Of a stretch of DNA of 64,000 bases, positions 39,911 to 52,047 are shown in pieces. A program made the position numbers and the translations under genes. The stretch comes from Prorocentrum cordatum (taxonomy: Eukaryota). The DNA lies in the NCBI GenBank assembly GCA_963575745.1, contig CAUYUJ010000026.1, positions 434,001 through 498,000 of the forward strand, read 5' to 3'. Positions within the stretch are counted from its first letter, which is position 1, and the number at the start of each line of letters is the position of its first letter. The notes under the pieces are model-generated. The model was given only the letters and a program-made list of their open reading frames with translations, searched no databases and was not told where the DNA came from.

Positions 39911-42900
39911 TTTCAAATATCACATCAGACACACACTGACCAAACACGACGCCACCATTGCCTTCAGTAGAGTTATGGTTGATTGGTAGGTCGACGCTGT
40001 CAAATCAAGGGTACCCTTGTTTTCTGTGTTTCGCGACCCCTGCCCACTAAAGTTCGATGGCAAGATCGCCCTCGGAAGGGTCTCGTGCCCTCTCCAACCA
40101 GCCACGACCTGCAATGCCTGGTGTCGAGTGTGCTGGTCGTGCTCCTCCGCGATGCATCGATGCACGTCTCTCGACGTGGGATCGCCTGGCACCGCTGTGA
40201 CGCGTGCAGTCTTCCGTTCGGCGAGGGCCATCGCGGAGCCAGCTGCTCGATGCCCCCGCGAACAAACCAACGCACGAGGCCGACGCGTGCACGGGGCGCG
40301 GACGCCCGAGCGCTGGCGGGATCGCCCGGGAGCGCCGGCAGGTCCGCCTGCGGCGGGCCGGCGGGCCGCCCGGGACCGGGGCCCCGAGGCGGGCCCCGCG
40401 GGTCCGCGTGGGGCGGCCGCCGTGGGCCGCTCTGTGCAGGAGTGGGCTGGACGTGAGAGTGACCTTTCGCTGGAGTGACCTTTGGGTGCGGGCCCAATGG
40501 GGTCCCCTCGATCGCCGAACGCGATGCGATAGTAGCGTCTTGCGCGCCTGGGTTTGTCCCCCCCGCGGTGCCCCAAAAGCCGCGCACCAAAGGTCACTCT
40601 TACCTAGGGTCACTCTTGCGTGTAGTCGAAAGAGGAGCCAGGCGTCCTGGCGTCTCGAGGGGATCGAGGCCGAAGGTGTTCGTCGTCTTCGGCTTCTCGG
40701 AGCCAGGCAGCCTGGCGTCGCGACAGAGTCGAGACGGATCTGGTTCATCGTCTTCGGCCTCTCGGAGCCTCCTATCGGGCCTTGGGGCCGTCAGAAAGCG
40801 GCTCGGGACGAGAATTCGGCCCCGGCCCCGGGGAGGTGCTCGAGAGGTCGGAGACCCGTGTCTCGAAAAAGTCGAAACGCCTGATGCCTGGGGGGCGAGG
40901 AGTCACGGCCATGATGCGCTCCAAGATAGCTGATATCCCAGTTTTCTGGGAGTCGTCCTCTTGCTCCGCACGGGGTCCAGAAGCGAAGTCCGCCAGACAT
41001 CCTGGAGTTGCCGGAACGTGTCCTGGTCAATCGTATCATGACATCGTTCTCGCCTTCCTCTCTAGACTGGTGTATCGAAGAAGCTCCCTGGCCGAGGCTA
41101 GCAGGTCGCGTGCATGCTGCCATGTCCGAGCGTGTGGGCTCGGTGGTGTCCCGAGCAGCTCCCATCCCGGCCAGGTGGCCCCGTGCTGCCAGTGGCTGCT
41201 CCGAGACGGCCGGGCCCTGCGAGACGAGGAGCCCGTCGTGAGAACTTCCGAAGATGCCTTCCAGACGTCTGGCGCTCCGAACTGTCCGTCAGAGGAGGAG
41301 CAGGTACCCATACCAGTACCATCGGCTCGTGTTCCCCTTTTTGGGCCTCCTGGGAGGCCCTCGTCGCCACCGCTGGATTCGCCTCGGAATCCTGGTCAGA
41401 AGTCATCCTGCGAGAGGTCTGGGGAGTAGCGGTATCGGTACCCTTTGGTTTCCCCAGTCCGATGCGTGGGACCCCCGTGTTTGTGACCTCTTCCTCAGGG
41501 CCAGTTCTTCATCCTGGGTTGTTTCTGGACGGCCCCGGAACCCGACACTGGCCACCAGAGACCAGCAGTGGCGGACCCCCAGCGTCGACAGACCATTCGC
41601 CTCGGTCTCTTCGATCTCTTCGAGGCCTGATGTCTGGGTCTGGGCCTGCCCCCCCCTCCCCACGCGCGCCCAGAGGGCGCGGGCGCGGACCGCAGCTGCA
41701 GGGTCCCCGTGGCCGGCGGGGCCCCTCCTCGGGGCTGCTTAGTGGAGACCCATGCCCTGAGACACCCTGCTTGCCTCCAGGGTGCCCTGGGTTTCTTCGG
41801 TTGCGATCTGTTTTGCCATGGAAAGCGTGGCATGCCCTTACCAGAAATCAGTAGGCATCCTGGGGTTGCAGGGTTGGGCTTCATGTGGAAGGTTTCTGTT
41901 GGTCGAGCTCCCACTGTAAATTATGTCATTGCGAGCACCCCGTGTTTGACAGGCGAGGCCGAGACTGGCCCTCGGTTGCCGAAGGTGACACCAGACTGGT
42001 CGCCCCGGTGTGTGTGTGTGTGTCGAGGCGTCGGAATGTCTGGGCGGAGGCCACAGGGGCCCAGCTGCAGCCTGCCGGTCCCAGGGGCAACCCGAGGTCG
42101 GTTTGGGGTGTTGCGGCATTGGTGCCCTTTCCACCATGGCCCCCGAGCGCTCTCTCTGAGAGTTTTTCCAGGCCTCCCGAGCGCTCACGGCCGCTGTCGC
42201 TCGGACGACACACCCCCCGCACGGAGTTGTTTCCATGTCCCATATGTCTTCGACTCTGCTCCCCTCTCTTCGGCCGTACATTTTTCTTCGGTGCGCGCCG
42301 GGCCCAACAAAAAGACCCACACGGCCTAAAACAATGCCCCACGGGCCCGAAAGTTGTGTCGGGCTTGTGCATCACGGAAACAGGGAAACACGGAAACAGG
42401 GAAGCATTTCAGACATTGCGTCGACAAGTTTTACCACGGAGCATGCAATGCCAGAAGAAACAAATGCCCCTTGGGCCCGGAAAGAGTACGCAATGATTTT
42501 TGTGATTGAGTCTTTTAGTATAAGGATTCCAATGATCAGGGGAACACAGAAACAGGTGACCATTCGATGCACCGAACCGCGCCAGGAAGAACCGACAGAT
42601 ATCTGCTAATCCAGAACAGTTTCCCGCAGGCCTGACAACGTTTCCTTTTGTGGGCCATGTGCCATCTGGATTTCCTTTGCGGGCGGGAGGAAGGAAACAG
42701 GGAAACACAAAAAGAGGTATACACTTTAGACCCACTGTCGGCAAGGACCGACTCATACATCTGGCGCTCCATTTATGTTTTCGATGCGTGGACCCCTAAG
42801 GAGGTGTGGACATTTTCCCTAGCGCTGGCGAGTCATCATCAGTCGTCTTTTGAAGGTCCCGGAGCCCGTTGAGGGCCCCATGAGGCTGAAAACAGCCCCA

Positions 42901-45900
42901 AACCGGCCATTCCAAGAGCACTTGCTGCCTCGACCGGCCGGCAGAGGAGCTCGTCGGGGCCCACGAGGCGGACCCGCTGCTCCTGTCGCTGAGCACGACC
43001 TGGCCGCTCGCCTGGGCGGAGCTGGCGGCCGACCTGGCGGACGCCCGGGGCGCCGTGGTGCTCCCAGCCCTGCGGTCTGCGGCGGAGATGAGGCCCCCGT
43101 GGATGGGCACGATCGGTGTGGGCACAGAAAGAAGAGGTGCGCGAAGACCGACAGCAGGTTCTGCCCATTTCGAATTTTGTTCGCTGCCGGCGTCGTCGCA
43201 GACGTTGTCGATCTTAGACAGGAGGCCGCCTGCCCAACAGCGGCCGCTGTCGGTTTTGGGCAGCAGTTGTTGTTGGGCATTGTGCTCGTTTTGTCTGTGC
43301 CCACTTCGCGCGTCCAAAGTGACCACGCGCGGGGGGCAGCGGCCAGGTGGTGGATCCGAACCCTGCCCTCGCCGATCAACGATTCAGGCAGCTCTATTGA
43401 CGGCGGAGAGAGTGTTCGGACTATGTCGAGCACGCGGCGAAATCAGAACCCCACCCCCACCTCAGCATCGATTCGGGAGAATCAATGGTGAGGCCGTGGT
43501 AGGGTTCGGATGTTGGTTCCTTCAGGGGCAGCGATAGGGGGGGATAGGCAAAGGGGGGAATGCATCGACCCCCAATCGCCCAATGATCGCCGATAGGGGC
43601 CCGATAGCCCCAACCTGCCCAGGGAGGTGCGGATTTACGATCGGAGGCCTATCGCCGATCTATCGGCGATGTATCGCAGATTCCAGGTCGATGCATCCCC
43701 CCCTATGCCAGTCCCCCCCTATCGTTGCCCCTCCCTCCTAGGGGCGCGCGAAAGGCTTCGACGTTCGAGGTTTATCAGTGTTCGTCGGTTCTCGGCGGTT
43801 CCCAGCCTCGGGACGCCTCCCTGCGGCTGCGCCTCGTTTTGAGCGTTCCTGGGTTGCCCGAGTCGTCCACAACGGCCGCCAGGGAGCGATTTAAGGGCCA
43901 GCACGTCCTTCCCAGGCTAGCTCGCGTCGTGAAACAATCGCGACGGACGATTCTTTGGCCGTCTAGAAACGACACGGGATGGGAAACCGGTCCTTCAGGA
44001 AATGGGTCGGGTTTTTTGGGGGTCGGCGTTTTGACATAATCATGACGTCGGGGGCCATGGAACTGCGAAGGGGCCACAATGTCTGGTGGCCAGCACTCCC
44101 TCCCCAGACCTCTCCAAACAAACACAGTGATCACGGTTTTCATCGCTTTCGGTCTCCAGGGACCCTTGCAGGCCGCCAGGACCGTCAGGATGAAGAGCCA
44201 GCCTTGGGGAAAGGGTACGTAGGGGAACGAACAATGACATAAACATAATAACAGAACTCGGCGGCCCGCGCGGAGTTCAGAATTTTTATGCTTATGTCAT
44301 TTATCGTTCCCCTCAACTCTTCAGCTGATGTCTGAGTCTCGCGACAACCCATGCAGGCGTCAGGTTTGTGGCGGTTTTCGGACTCCAGAGGGGGGGGGGC
44401 TGCCCGGCTCCGTCATCGGCAAAACGGCTCGGGATGAGAAGTTGGCCCCCGAGGAAGGGGCCCGCACTTCCGGGACTTGCGGGGGTCTACGCTGCGAAAC
44501 ATCACGACGTCGAAGGTTGGGGAACGGTGCGGTGACCACACCATTTTGTGAAACAGCGAGGATTCGGGGTGGGTGGGCGCACGGTTTTGGGACCCTGTGG
44601 ATCGCTCCCAAGAGATGTCGCTGGCGCATGGGGCCTCCAAGGTCCCTGAACTTTGCGGTGACGGGCCCGTGCGGTGAGGTCTTTTGGGGTAGCGAGGTCG
44701 CCGCAGGATCTGTGACTGCAACGTTCTGGGATCCCCGAGAAGTCAGGAACTCCGTTGATACTGGCCAGCGCGATCCCCATCCCCCGCTCTCGGCAATCCA
44801 GGGGCGGCTTTCGGGCGCAAGGTCACTCAAAGAGAATCCGGGACAATATCATCGGTGCCAAGGGTGAGGGGTCGAGACCTTTGCGGCCGGCAGGCTGAAG
44901 ACCAAAGACCAAAGGCCCAACCCTATGCAACTGTGGGGTCCTCGAAGTAGATGGGAGGGAGGAGAGGGGGACCAGCAAAATGGCGAGGACGTGGACGAGG
45001 CCACAGCACTTGAGGGGTGCGCTGATATGGGGCGTATGCCCACCGGGGGTCGGTGGAGCACCCTGTGGGGCCGCGAAGCGTGCGAGGGGTGTGCAGAAAT
45101 GGCCGGGGCGCGCCGTGCAGACGCCCTCACTGGTGCCCTAGGCGGATCCCCTCTATGGTGCCACGACACGTTTGAGGGATGTGCCGAAATTGGCCTGCGG
45201 CAGGGAGAAGCCGAATGCGGATGAGGAGGAGGAGGAGGAGGAGGAGGAGGAGGAGGAGGAGGAAAAGGGGGGAGAGAAGGTGGAGGCGGGTGGCGCTGCA
45301 GGTTAGGAAAGACATGTGTTTGCCCTCTTGGCCTCGGGGCCATCAACAACAAACCCTGAATGAAAATTCTGCCCTAGGGCAGGATTCGAGAAGTTTTGGG
45401 GCCCACGTCACGAAACAATCGACGCCCCACCCCCTCATTGCAAGGAGGGATACATGCCGATACCGATGTCCCTCGTCGGCCTCCTGGGGGGCCCTCTTTC
45501 TCACGGCTGCATTCGCCCTGGAAACGCGCCTCGAGCGCATGGAGATTTTGGGGTCCGAACGAAGAGAGTTATTGGAGCTTTTTGTCGGATAATTTTCTTT
45601 GCCAGCACCAGGGGTGCTGGGGGTCAAGGGGGGCAAAAAGCACCCCGACCTCAACAATTGGCGTTTGCTCGGCAGTCTTGGGCGTTGGCGGGACAGCCCT
45701 GCCCGGTTCGAGTCCCTCCTGGGTGCACTTGCCACAGGGATTCGCCTGCAGGGGTGCTTTTCTTGGAGGGGGATCGGGCTGCTGGGTGTGGCGCGGGCCC
45801 TCCGCCAGGGCGAGCGCTGGCCTGCAGCGCGGCGACCTGCCACACGAGTTCATCGCTGCCCTGGCCGGGTGCCTGCAGCACCCCGACGCGGCCGTGCGCG

Positions 45901-48900
45901 ACGCCGCTGTGGGCACCATGGCTGCGCTCGGGCTCCACGGCGACCAGCCGCTCCTGGCTCTGGTCGTCGAGCTCCTGGAGCACCAGGACCGCACAGGCGG
46001 ACAAGGTGCCGATACTGCTGCCCTTCCCCAGGTTCCACTTCTGGCAGCTTTCCCCAGGAGGCCCTCGGCGCCACGGCCGGATTCGCCTCGAACTTCTGGC
46101 CAGAGCGCGCCCCGGGAGAACGCACCCCGGGAGAGAGGTCTGGGGAGCAGCGGTGTCGGTATGTTCGGGTGTCCCCAGGACAGGGACGTGCGGCTTGCGG
46201 CGGCGCGCGCTCTGGGACAGCTCGCCGCCGCGGGCGATGAGTGGGTGGCGAACGCCGTCGCGGCCCGCCTGGGCGCCGAGGACGTGCTCACGCGGCTGGC
46301 CGCCGCGCATGCGCTGGAGGCGGTCGCCGAGAGGGGCGGCGCGGGCTTCGCGGCGGCGCTGGAGGCCCGCCTGCGCGACCCCGACCGGGACCTCCGCCGC
46401 CACGCGGTGCGGGCCCTCGGCCGGCTGACGGCGCCGGGCACTCCGCGCGCCGCTGAGGCGGCGGCGCGGGCCCTGGAGGACCCCGACGAGAGCGTGCGGG
46501 AGGCCGCGCTGGAGGTGCTGGCCAGCGGCGGCCCGTGGGGCTCGGCGGAGGGCGTGGCCCGCCGGCTGGAGCACGCGCGCGAGGCTGCGAGCAGTGGCGA
46601 AGCGGCCTGGCCTGCCCCGTGGGCTCACCAGAAGTCGTTCTGAGAACCTTGCTGTGTGTGTGGCTTTGAAGGAATAGCCATCGGCGGCGAGCGAGGGGGG
46701 GAGTGAGCAGGAGAAGGCCTTCTCGGGAGGCGGCGGGGCTTCTCAGAAGCCCTCTGGCCTTTGAGGAGTTGTTGGCGTCTTCGGGGAAGGCTTAGACAAC
46801 TTCTCATAAGGCCCGGGCTTATCACTTCCCCCCCTCGCTTGCTGCCTAAACTAGCATGTCAGTATTGTTTCAGCCGACTTTGTGGATAACTGTAGATAAC
46901 ATCGTTTGCGCTATCAGAGCATCCTTTTGTCCCAAGAACATGCGAGCGACGAACAAAAAAACAGGGTCGATTGCGCGGACATTGTTGCGTAAGCTGCCCG
47001 CGTAAGGTCGCGCGGAAGTGCCTTCGTTCCCACTGCAGCGTGCGGGCTTGGCGGCCCGCGCGCGTAAGCCACCGCGTAAATTCGCCCTGCCATCTCGCGT
47101 AAGACCCGTTTCTTTTTCGTCGAACGTATCGTGGTAGGCCTACAGGGATGCCAGGACGGTCGGTTCCTGCTCAACGAGGAGGTGCGGGCGGCGGCAGCAA
47201 GGGCGCTGGGCGCGGCGGCGGCGCGCGGGGACGCCTGCGCCGTCGAGGCGGCTTGCTCCCAGCTGGCACACGGCGACGTGGACGTCCGCGCCGCCGCGTG
47301 CGCGGCGCTGCGAGCGGCAGAGGGCAGAGGTCAGCATCGTCTCACAAATAGGGTCAGGAGCATGTGCCTGGCGTGTCGCAGCTGCGGCCCCAGCGACACG
47401 CTATGCCAGGGGAGCGGATAGCGTATCGCTCCGCTTCGCGGGGCGGGAAGCTGGAACAAGCTTGGGACGCTGACGCTCGGGGACCGCGATGTGGATGGCG
47501 TGTCGCGCTGGGGCGTGGTGGGCCAGAACCGGCGCCGCGACACGCTAAACGAAAGCTCCTGACCAGATCCCCATCCCCACTGGGCCATACTGCGTATCCA
47601 GAATCCCTTCGCGTCGTGACAACATCACGACCGAAGCTTTTGTTGTCATTGTCAGCCTTTGGCGGCCCTGGCCGGCCCCCGTGGGCCGCCAAAAAACGAC
47701 CCAGGATGCAAAGCAAGTCCCGAGGAATGGGTCGAGACCTGTGGGGGTCGGCGTCGGCGTCGTGAGCAAAAACACGACGTCGTGGGTCTGGGGTCTCAGC
47801 CCCACCGGCCCACCCCCTCTGGGGGTTGGGATGGGGCCCCACGAAGCCCGAAGGGGCAGGCACACATCCCCCCTCCCCAGGTTGATAAGCCGGCCAGTGG
47901 GGATAGGGAGCGGTCCGCCGATGCTCGAGAGGGGACAGGCGCGCGGTGAGCCGGGCGATCGAGCTGTCCTCGCACCCCGCGCGCGACGTCCGACTCCTCG
48001 CAGTTCAGCTGTTCGGCGAGTTCGCGGGGGGCGGCGATCTGGAGGGAGCGGAGGCAGCGTTGGTGGTCCTCACGGAAGACTCCGACCCCGACGTCCGGGG
48101 CGCAGCTGTGCAGTCCCTCGGCGTCGCCGCACACGCGGGGAGGGAGCGCGGCAGAGGAAAGGGTTCCTATGCCGCTGCCCTTCCTCCGTTTTCGCTTTTG
48201 GCGGCTTCCTTGGATGCCCTACGGCTGGATTCGGCTCGATATACTGCTCAGAACGCACCAGCATCGCGAAGCAGCCCAGCGTCAAGGTGAGGAAGTGACG
48301 AACGACAACGGCAATGGCTGCCAGGCGCAACCAGCGAACAGTGCCCTCGCCGCGGTGGCCTCCTCAGCGCTGGGGGCGCTGGGGAGGCATAGCGCACCGG
48401 TAGGGGAGCAGCGGTATCGGTACCCGTTGCCGAGGAGCAAAAATGACACACACACACATTATTCATCTTGCGGAGGTCCGCGCGGATTTCTTGGATGGGC
48501 GCTGGACCACCCTCCCTGGCGCGCGGAGCGCGCCAGGGGCGGCGCCGGAGACGCCGCCAGGGCCAGGGTGGGGCCCTGCGCCGATCCAAGCAACCAGCGC
48601 GGACTTCCGAAATAATCTGCTTATGTGATTTTGGTATTCCTCGCTTTTGGTTTCACGAGGAGCGGGTCGTGTCTGCAGTCGTCGCGCGGCTGCGGGACGA
48701 CGTCCCTTCGGTCCGCCAGAGAGCCCTGTGCGCACTGGGCGCTGTTGCCGAGAGGGGCGACGAGCATGCGGCGCTAGCTGTGGCCCGCTGCCTGGGCAGC
48801 GCCAGTGCTGGCGTGCGGCTGGTCGTGGTCCAGGCGCTGGTGAGCGTGGCTGCTGTCGGGGCGAAGCACGCCATTCTTCGGCATGGTTGAACCGATCCCT

Positions 48901-49685
48901 ATCCCCATCCCCATCCACATCTCGAGCCCCACCGTCTCACCGCCTCAGTTGGAGGTATGCCCCTCGAAACCCGAAGAGAGCAGCCTATATCCTCATCAGG
49001 GGGGCAACTCGGCCAGTGGGGCCCAGCCCACGTTAGTGGGGATGGGGATGGGTTTAACGATGCTCAGTTCTCGGGGAAACGTAAGACTCGAGTGCGCAGG
49101 AGCTCGGGGTCGCCGACGCTTTTGACGAGCGCGTCCTGGATCTTGACGGTCCAGTTGTCGTGGCATGTCTGCAGCGGGAGTTCGCGTAAAATTGCAGACC
49201 TGGGTCTCGTCATTCTCAAGATGGCCCCGTTAGGCCAACCCGAGTCCCCCGAACCCGAGTCTTACGTCTCCCCGACATCCGAGGAGCAAAAAGCGGCATG
49301 AGCATGGAATTGCGGAGGTCCGCCCAGATGTATTGGATCGGCGCTGGGCCCCCCTGGCGCCGCCTCCCGCGAAGCCCCGGGCGCGCTCCGCGCGCCACGG
49401 AGGAGGGGGTAGCGCTTATCGAAGACCTTTGCGCCGACCTCCGAGAGCCGAGAGTTTATGTTCATGAAGTTGTTCGATCCTCTAGCCATAGCAGCGCTCA
49501 GTACGTGCTTGGACGACGAGGACGGCGAAGTTCGACATGCTGCAGCGCATGGCTTGAGCGTCGTGTCTACGAAGTTTGACGAGTACACCTGCGACGCCCT
49601 GGCTGCCCGTTTGCCCCAAGGTGCCGGCACCGCCGCCGCCTGTCACGCAGCGAGCTCGGCCCTGAACGCCCTCCACATTGCGTGA
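37521..49685 (+). CDS. Multi-exon gene for an N-terminal ubiquitin-like domain plus PBS-lyase-type HEAT repeats (~554 aa). Exons: 37521-37616, 39122-39145, 41175-41228, 42947-43074, 45809-45986, 46179-46583, 47179-47329, 47932-48143, 48660-48860, 49470-49685
   Basis: The joined exons total 1665 nt in one frame: [64 protein letters not shown]... then repeated LxDxDxxVRxAAxxALG. All introns end in AG; donors are GC, GC, GA, GT, GA, GC, GT, GA, GC. The last junction is the least certain. Confidence 0.78.
37627..38461. mobile_element. hAT-like MITE family 1, copy 4, with a nested insertion
   Basis: Same TIRs; TSD CTCGAAGA/CTCGAATA; expanded by 37741-38399. Confidence 0.8.
37858..38350. repeat. 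(TTAGC/TTTAGC)n satellite
   Basis: About 490 bp of mixed 5- and 6-nt units; AT-rich. Confidence 0.95.
43524..43732. mobile_element. MITE AGGGGCAGCGATAGGGGGG...CCCCCCTATCGTTGCCCCT
   Basis: Imperfect TIRs of about 45 bp; TSD CCTTC/CCCTC. Confidence 0.7.
45809..45986 (+). CDS. UBL-HEAT gene exon 5 (HEAT repeat)
   Basis: [26 protein letters not shown] donor. Confidence 0.8.
46179..46583 (+). CDS. UBL-HEAT gene exon 6 (HEAT repeats)
   Basis: [46 protein letters not shown]. Confidence 0.88.
47179..47329 (+). CDS. UBL-HEAT gene exon 7
   Basis: [11 protein letters not shown]...[16 protein letters not shown]. Confidence 0.8.
47932..48143 (+). CDS. UBL-HEAT gene exon 8
   Basis: [15 protein letters not shown]...[16 protein letters not shown]. 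Confidence 0.8.
48660..48860 (+). CDS. UBL-HEAT gene exon 9
   Basis: [17 protein letters not shown]...[12 protein letters not shown]. Confidence 0.8.
49071..49275. mobile_element. ~205-bp MITE, copy 2 (in the last intron of the UBL-HEAT gene)
   Basis: Collinear with 19410-19617; TSD not preserved. Confidence 0.75.
49470..49685 (+). CDS. UBL-HEAT gene terminal exon
   Basis: [17 protein letters not shown]...TGA; the 5' boundary is approximate. Confidence 0.72.
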   Translation: MFDPLAIAALSTCLDDEDGEVRHAAAHGLSVVSTKFDEYTCDALAARLPQGAGTAAACHAASSALNALHIA

Positions 49686-49844
49686 CGCTGTTGCAGGTGA
49701 CCTCGAAAGAGAAGCTCATCCGACCTTCATCCGTGTATAGTGAGCTGTTAGGGATGATGCGCTTCCGCACGGCAGAGTGAGCTTAAGCGTTTTGTGTGTG
49801 TGTGTGTGTGTGTGGTTTTATTTTTATTTATATCTATATCTATC

Positions 49845-49875
<31 letters not shown>

Positions 49876-50139
49876 CGGGGAACGGGACCTGGGGCCGCCA
49901 GATTGGTGCCTCGGACCCCCATGGGGGCCACGGGGCTCACTTCCCTATGTTTTTACAGGGTTTCGGCGTTCCAGGGCCTCCGAGGGAGGCCGCCAGGAGT
50001 GGACCTGCGCCCCCTGGGGGCTCTGGGGCTCACTTTCCCTGTGTTTTTGCCAGGTTTCCGCGTCCTGGGCCTCGGAGGCCGCCGCTTCCGACCCCCCGTG
50101 GGAGGACGGGGCGGCCGGGGAAGCCCAAAATAGTCCAGG

Positions 50140-51830
50140 AGGGCCTCCAGAGGCTCCCAAGACGGCCCAAGCGGGCCCCGAGTCGCCGAAAGACCGCTCC
50201 AGGACGCCCAAGATAGGCCCAAGACGGCCCGAGAGGCCCCCCAAGGCACTCCACGACGCTTCAAGACGCCTCTCCAGAGCGCTTCAAGAGACCGAAATCG
50301 TAAATTTTACGAAGGTTTTCGTACGATTTTGGCCTTCCAGCCTTTTCGGCCGTCCGACGTCCAAGACGGCTCAATAGGCCCCCAAGAGCGCCCCAAGAGG
50401 GCCCCAAGAGGGCCCCAAGACGGCCCCAGAGTCGCCCAAGACAGCCCAACAGAGCCCCAAGACGGCCCCAAGATGCGCCCAAGAGGGGGACCGGGGGACC
50501 ACGACTCCAAAATTCGACCCTCCCGCTTGAAGAGTGCCCCAGGAGGCTTCAATTAGCCCCCAAGAGGCCCCAGGAGGCCCCCAAGAGGCACCCAGGAGGC
50601 CCCCAAGAGGCACCCAGGAGGCCCAAACGAGGCCTAAAGAGGCAACAAAACAGCCCCGAGGAGGCCCCACAACGGTCCCAAAACGGCTTCCGAGAAGCTG
50701 TGAAACTGCCTTCACGACGTCCCCGACAGGCCAACCACGAGATCCAAACCAACACCCATGAGGCCTCTGACCCACCACCCAGGGCACGGCGGCGGGAGCA
50801 GTGACAGCACTTGTGCACAGCATGTTCCGGCGGGAGCCTTCCGGAACACGCTGCAGGAGGAGGAGGAGGAAGATCAGGAGGAGAGAGAGCTGGAGTGGGA
50901 GGAGGAGGAGGAGGAGGAGGAGGGGGACGAGGAGGAGGAAGAGGCCTCCAAGACAGCTCCAAGATAGCCGAAGAGGCTTCCAAGAGGGCACTGGGCGGCC
51001 CACGAGGGCCCCAAGGCGGTGCCTGAGGCGCCCAAGACGGCCCGAGAGGGCCCCAAGACGGCCCCAAGAGAGGCCCATGAAGGGAAACACGAACTGAGAA
51101 TCCGAGCTTCCTACCCAGAGAGGTTCTCGGGAAGTCCCAAGAGGCCCCCAATCGGATCCAAGAGGCTACCAAGAAGCTCCCAAGAGGGCCGAGAAGGTTG
51201 CAAGAGATCTCCCAAGGTGGCCCCAAGAGGCACAACTCATTGTTTTACGATAGGGCTTTGACGGGTTTTAATGTTTGTCGGCCTTTTGGCATCCCGATGC
51301 TCCAAGACGGCTCAAGAGGCTTCCAATACCGATCCAATATAGAGGAAGAGGGCCCCAAGACGGCCCGCGAGGGCCCAAAGACGGTGCTTGAGGCGCCCAA
51401 GACGCCCCGAGAGGGCCCCAAGAGCCCCAAGAGAGGCCCAAGAAGGGGAACGCGACCCAGCAGCAGAGCGTTCCCCCCAAAAGGCCCACAGGAGGCCGCA
51501 AGAGGCCCCCAAGTGGTCCGACGAGGACCCCAAAAGCTTCCCGAGGGCCCAAAAGGCCCCTAGGAGACGCCCAAGAGGTTTTAAAATAGCCCCAGAGTGC
51601 CCTCGATGCGTCAAAACTGCTTCCAAGAGGCCCCCGGGAGGCTTCCGGATTGCCTCAATCCGGCCGCAGGTGGCCTCAAGTCGGGCCTGCACGCAGCCAA
51701 GACGGCCAATGACGGCTTCAGATTGCAGAGCCGATGCCCCCAAGGGACCCTCAGACGCCCCCCCAAGAGGCACCCAAGAGGTGCCTCCAACAGCCAGTTG
51801 ACGAAGCATGCGGAACACCCCAGAAGCTCC
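50140..51830. repeat. Degenerate CCCCAAGA(CG/GG) repeat family; reverse-orientation tracts at ~11840-12200, 15125-15310, 32130-32520, 33765-34260
   Basis: GCCCCAAGACGG / GCCCCAAGAGG units recur throughout. Confidence 0.85.
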
Positions 51831-51942
51831 TCAGATGCCGTCGCGCGCCTGTGCTTGATAGCGTTGTCCAAGATCGTCCAGCGCCCCCCCAGCCTGGGCT
51901 AGAACCTGAGCGCGCGCGAAGCGCGCGCGATGGTTCTAGTAT

Positions 51943-52026
51943 ATGAACACGTTTACGGTCAATGTGTGGGCGAAGGGGTAATGAGCGAACGTTGGCCGCA
52001 TCAGAATGCATGGCAGCCTTTGTGGC
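51943..52026 (+). repeat. Split direct repeat A1 (84 bp)
   Basis: ATGAACACGTTTACGG...CCTTTGTGGC matches 59679-59762 with one mismatch. Confidence 0.95.
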
Positions 52027-52047
52027 TCAGGGCCTGGGAGGCCTGGG

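Noticed and set aside
45396..46643. Single 415-aa HEAT protein as shown in the ORF track
   Set aside because: The ORF reads through intronic MITE sequence; the spliced model restores regular HEAT periodicity.
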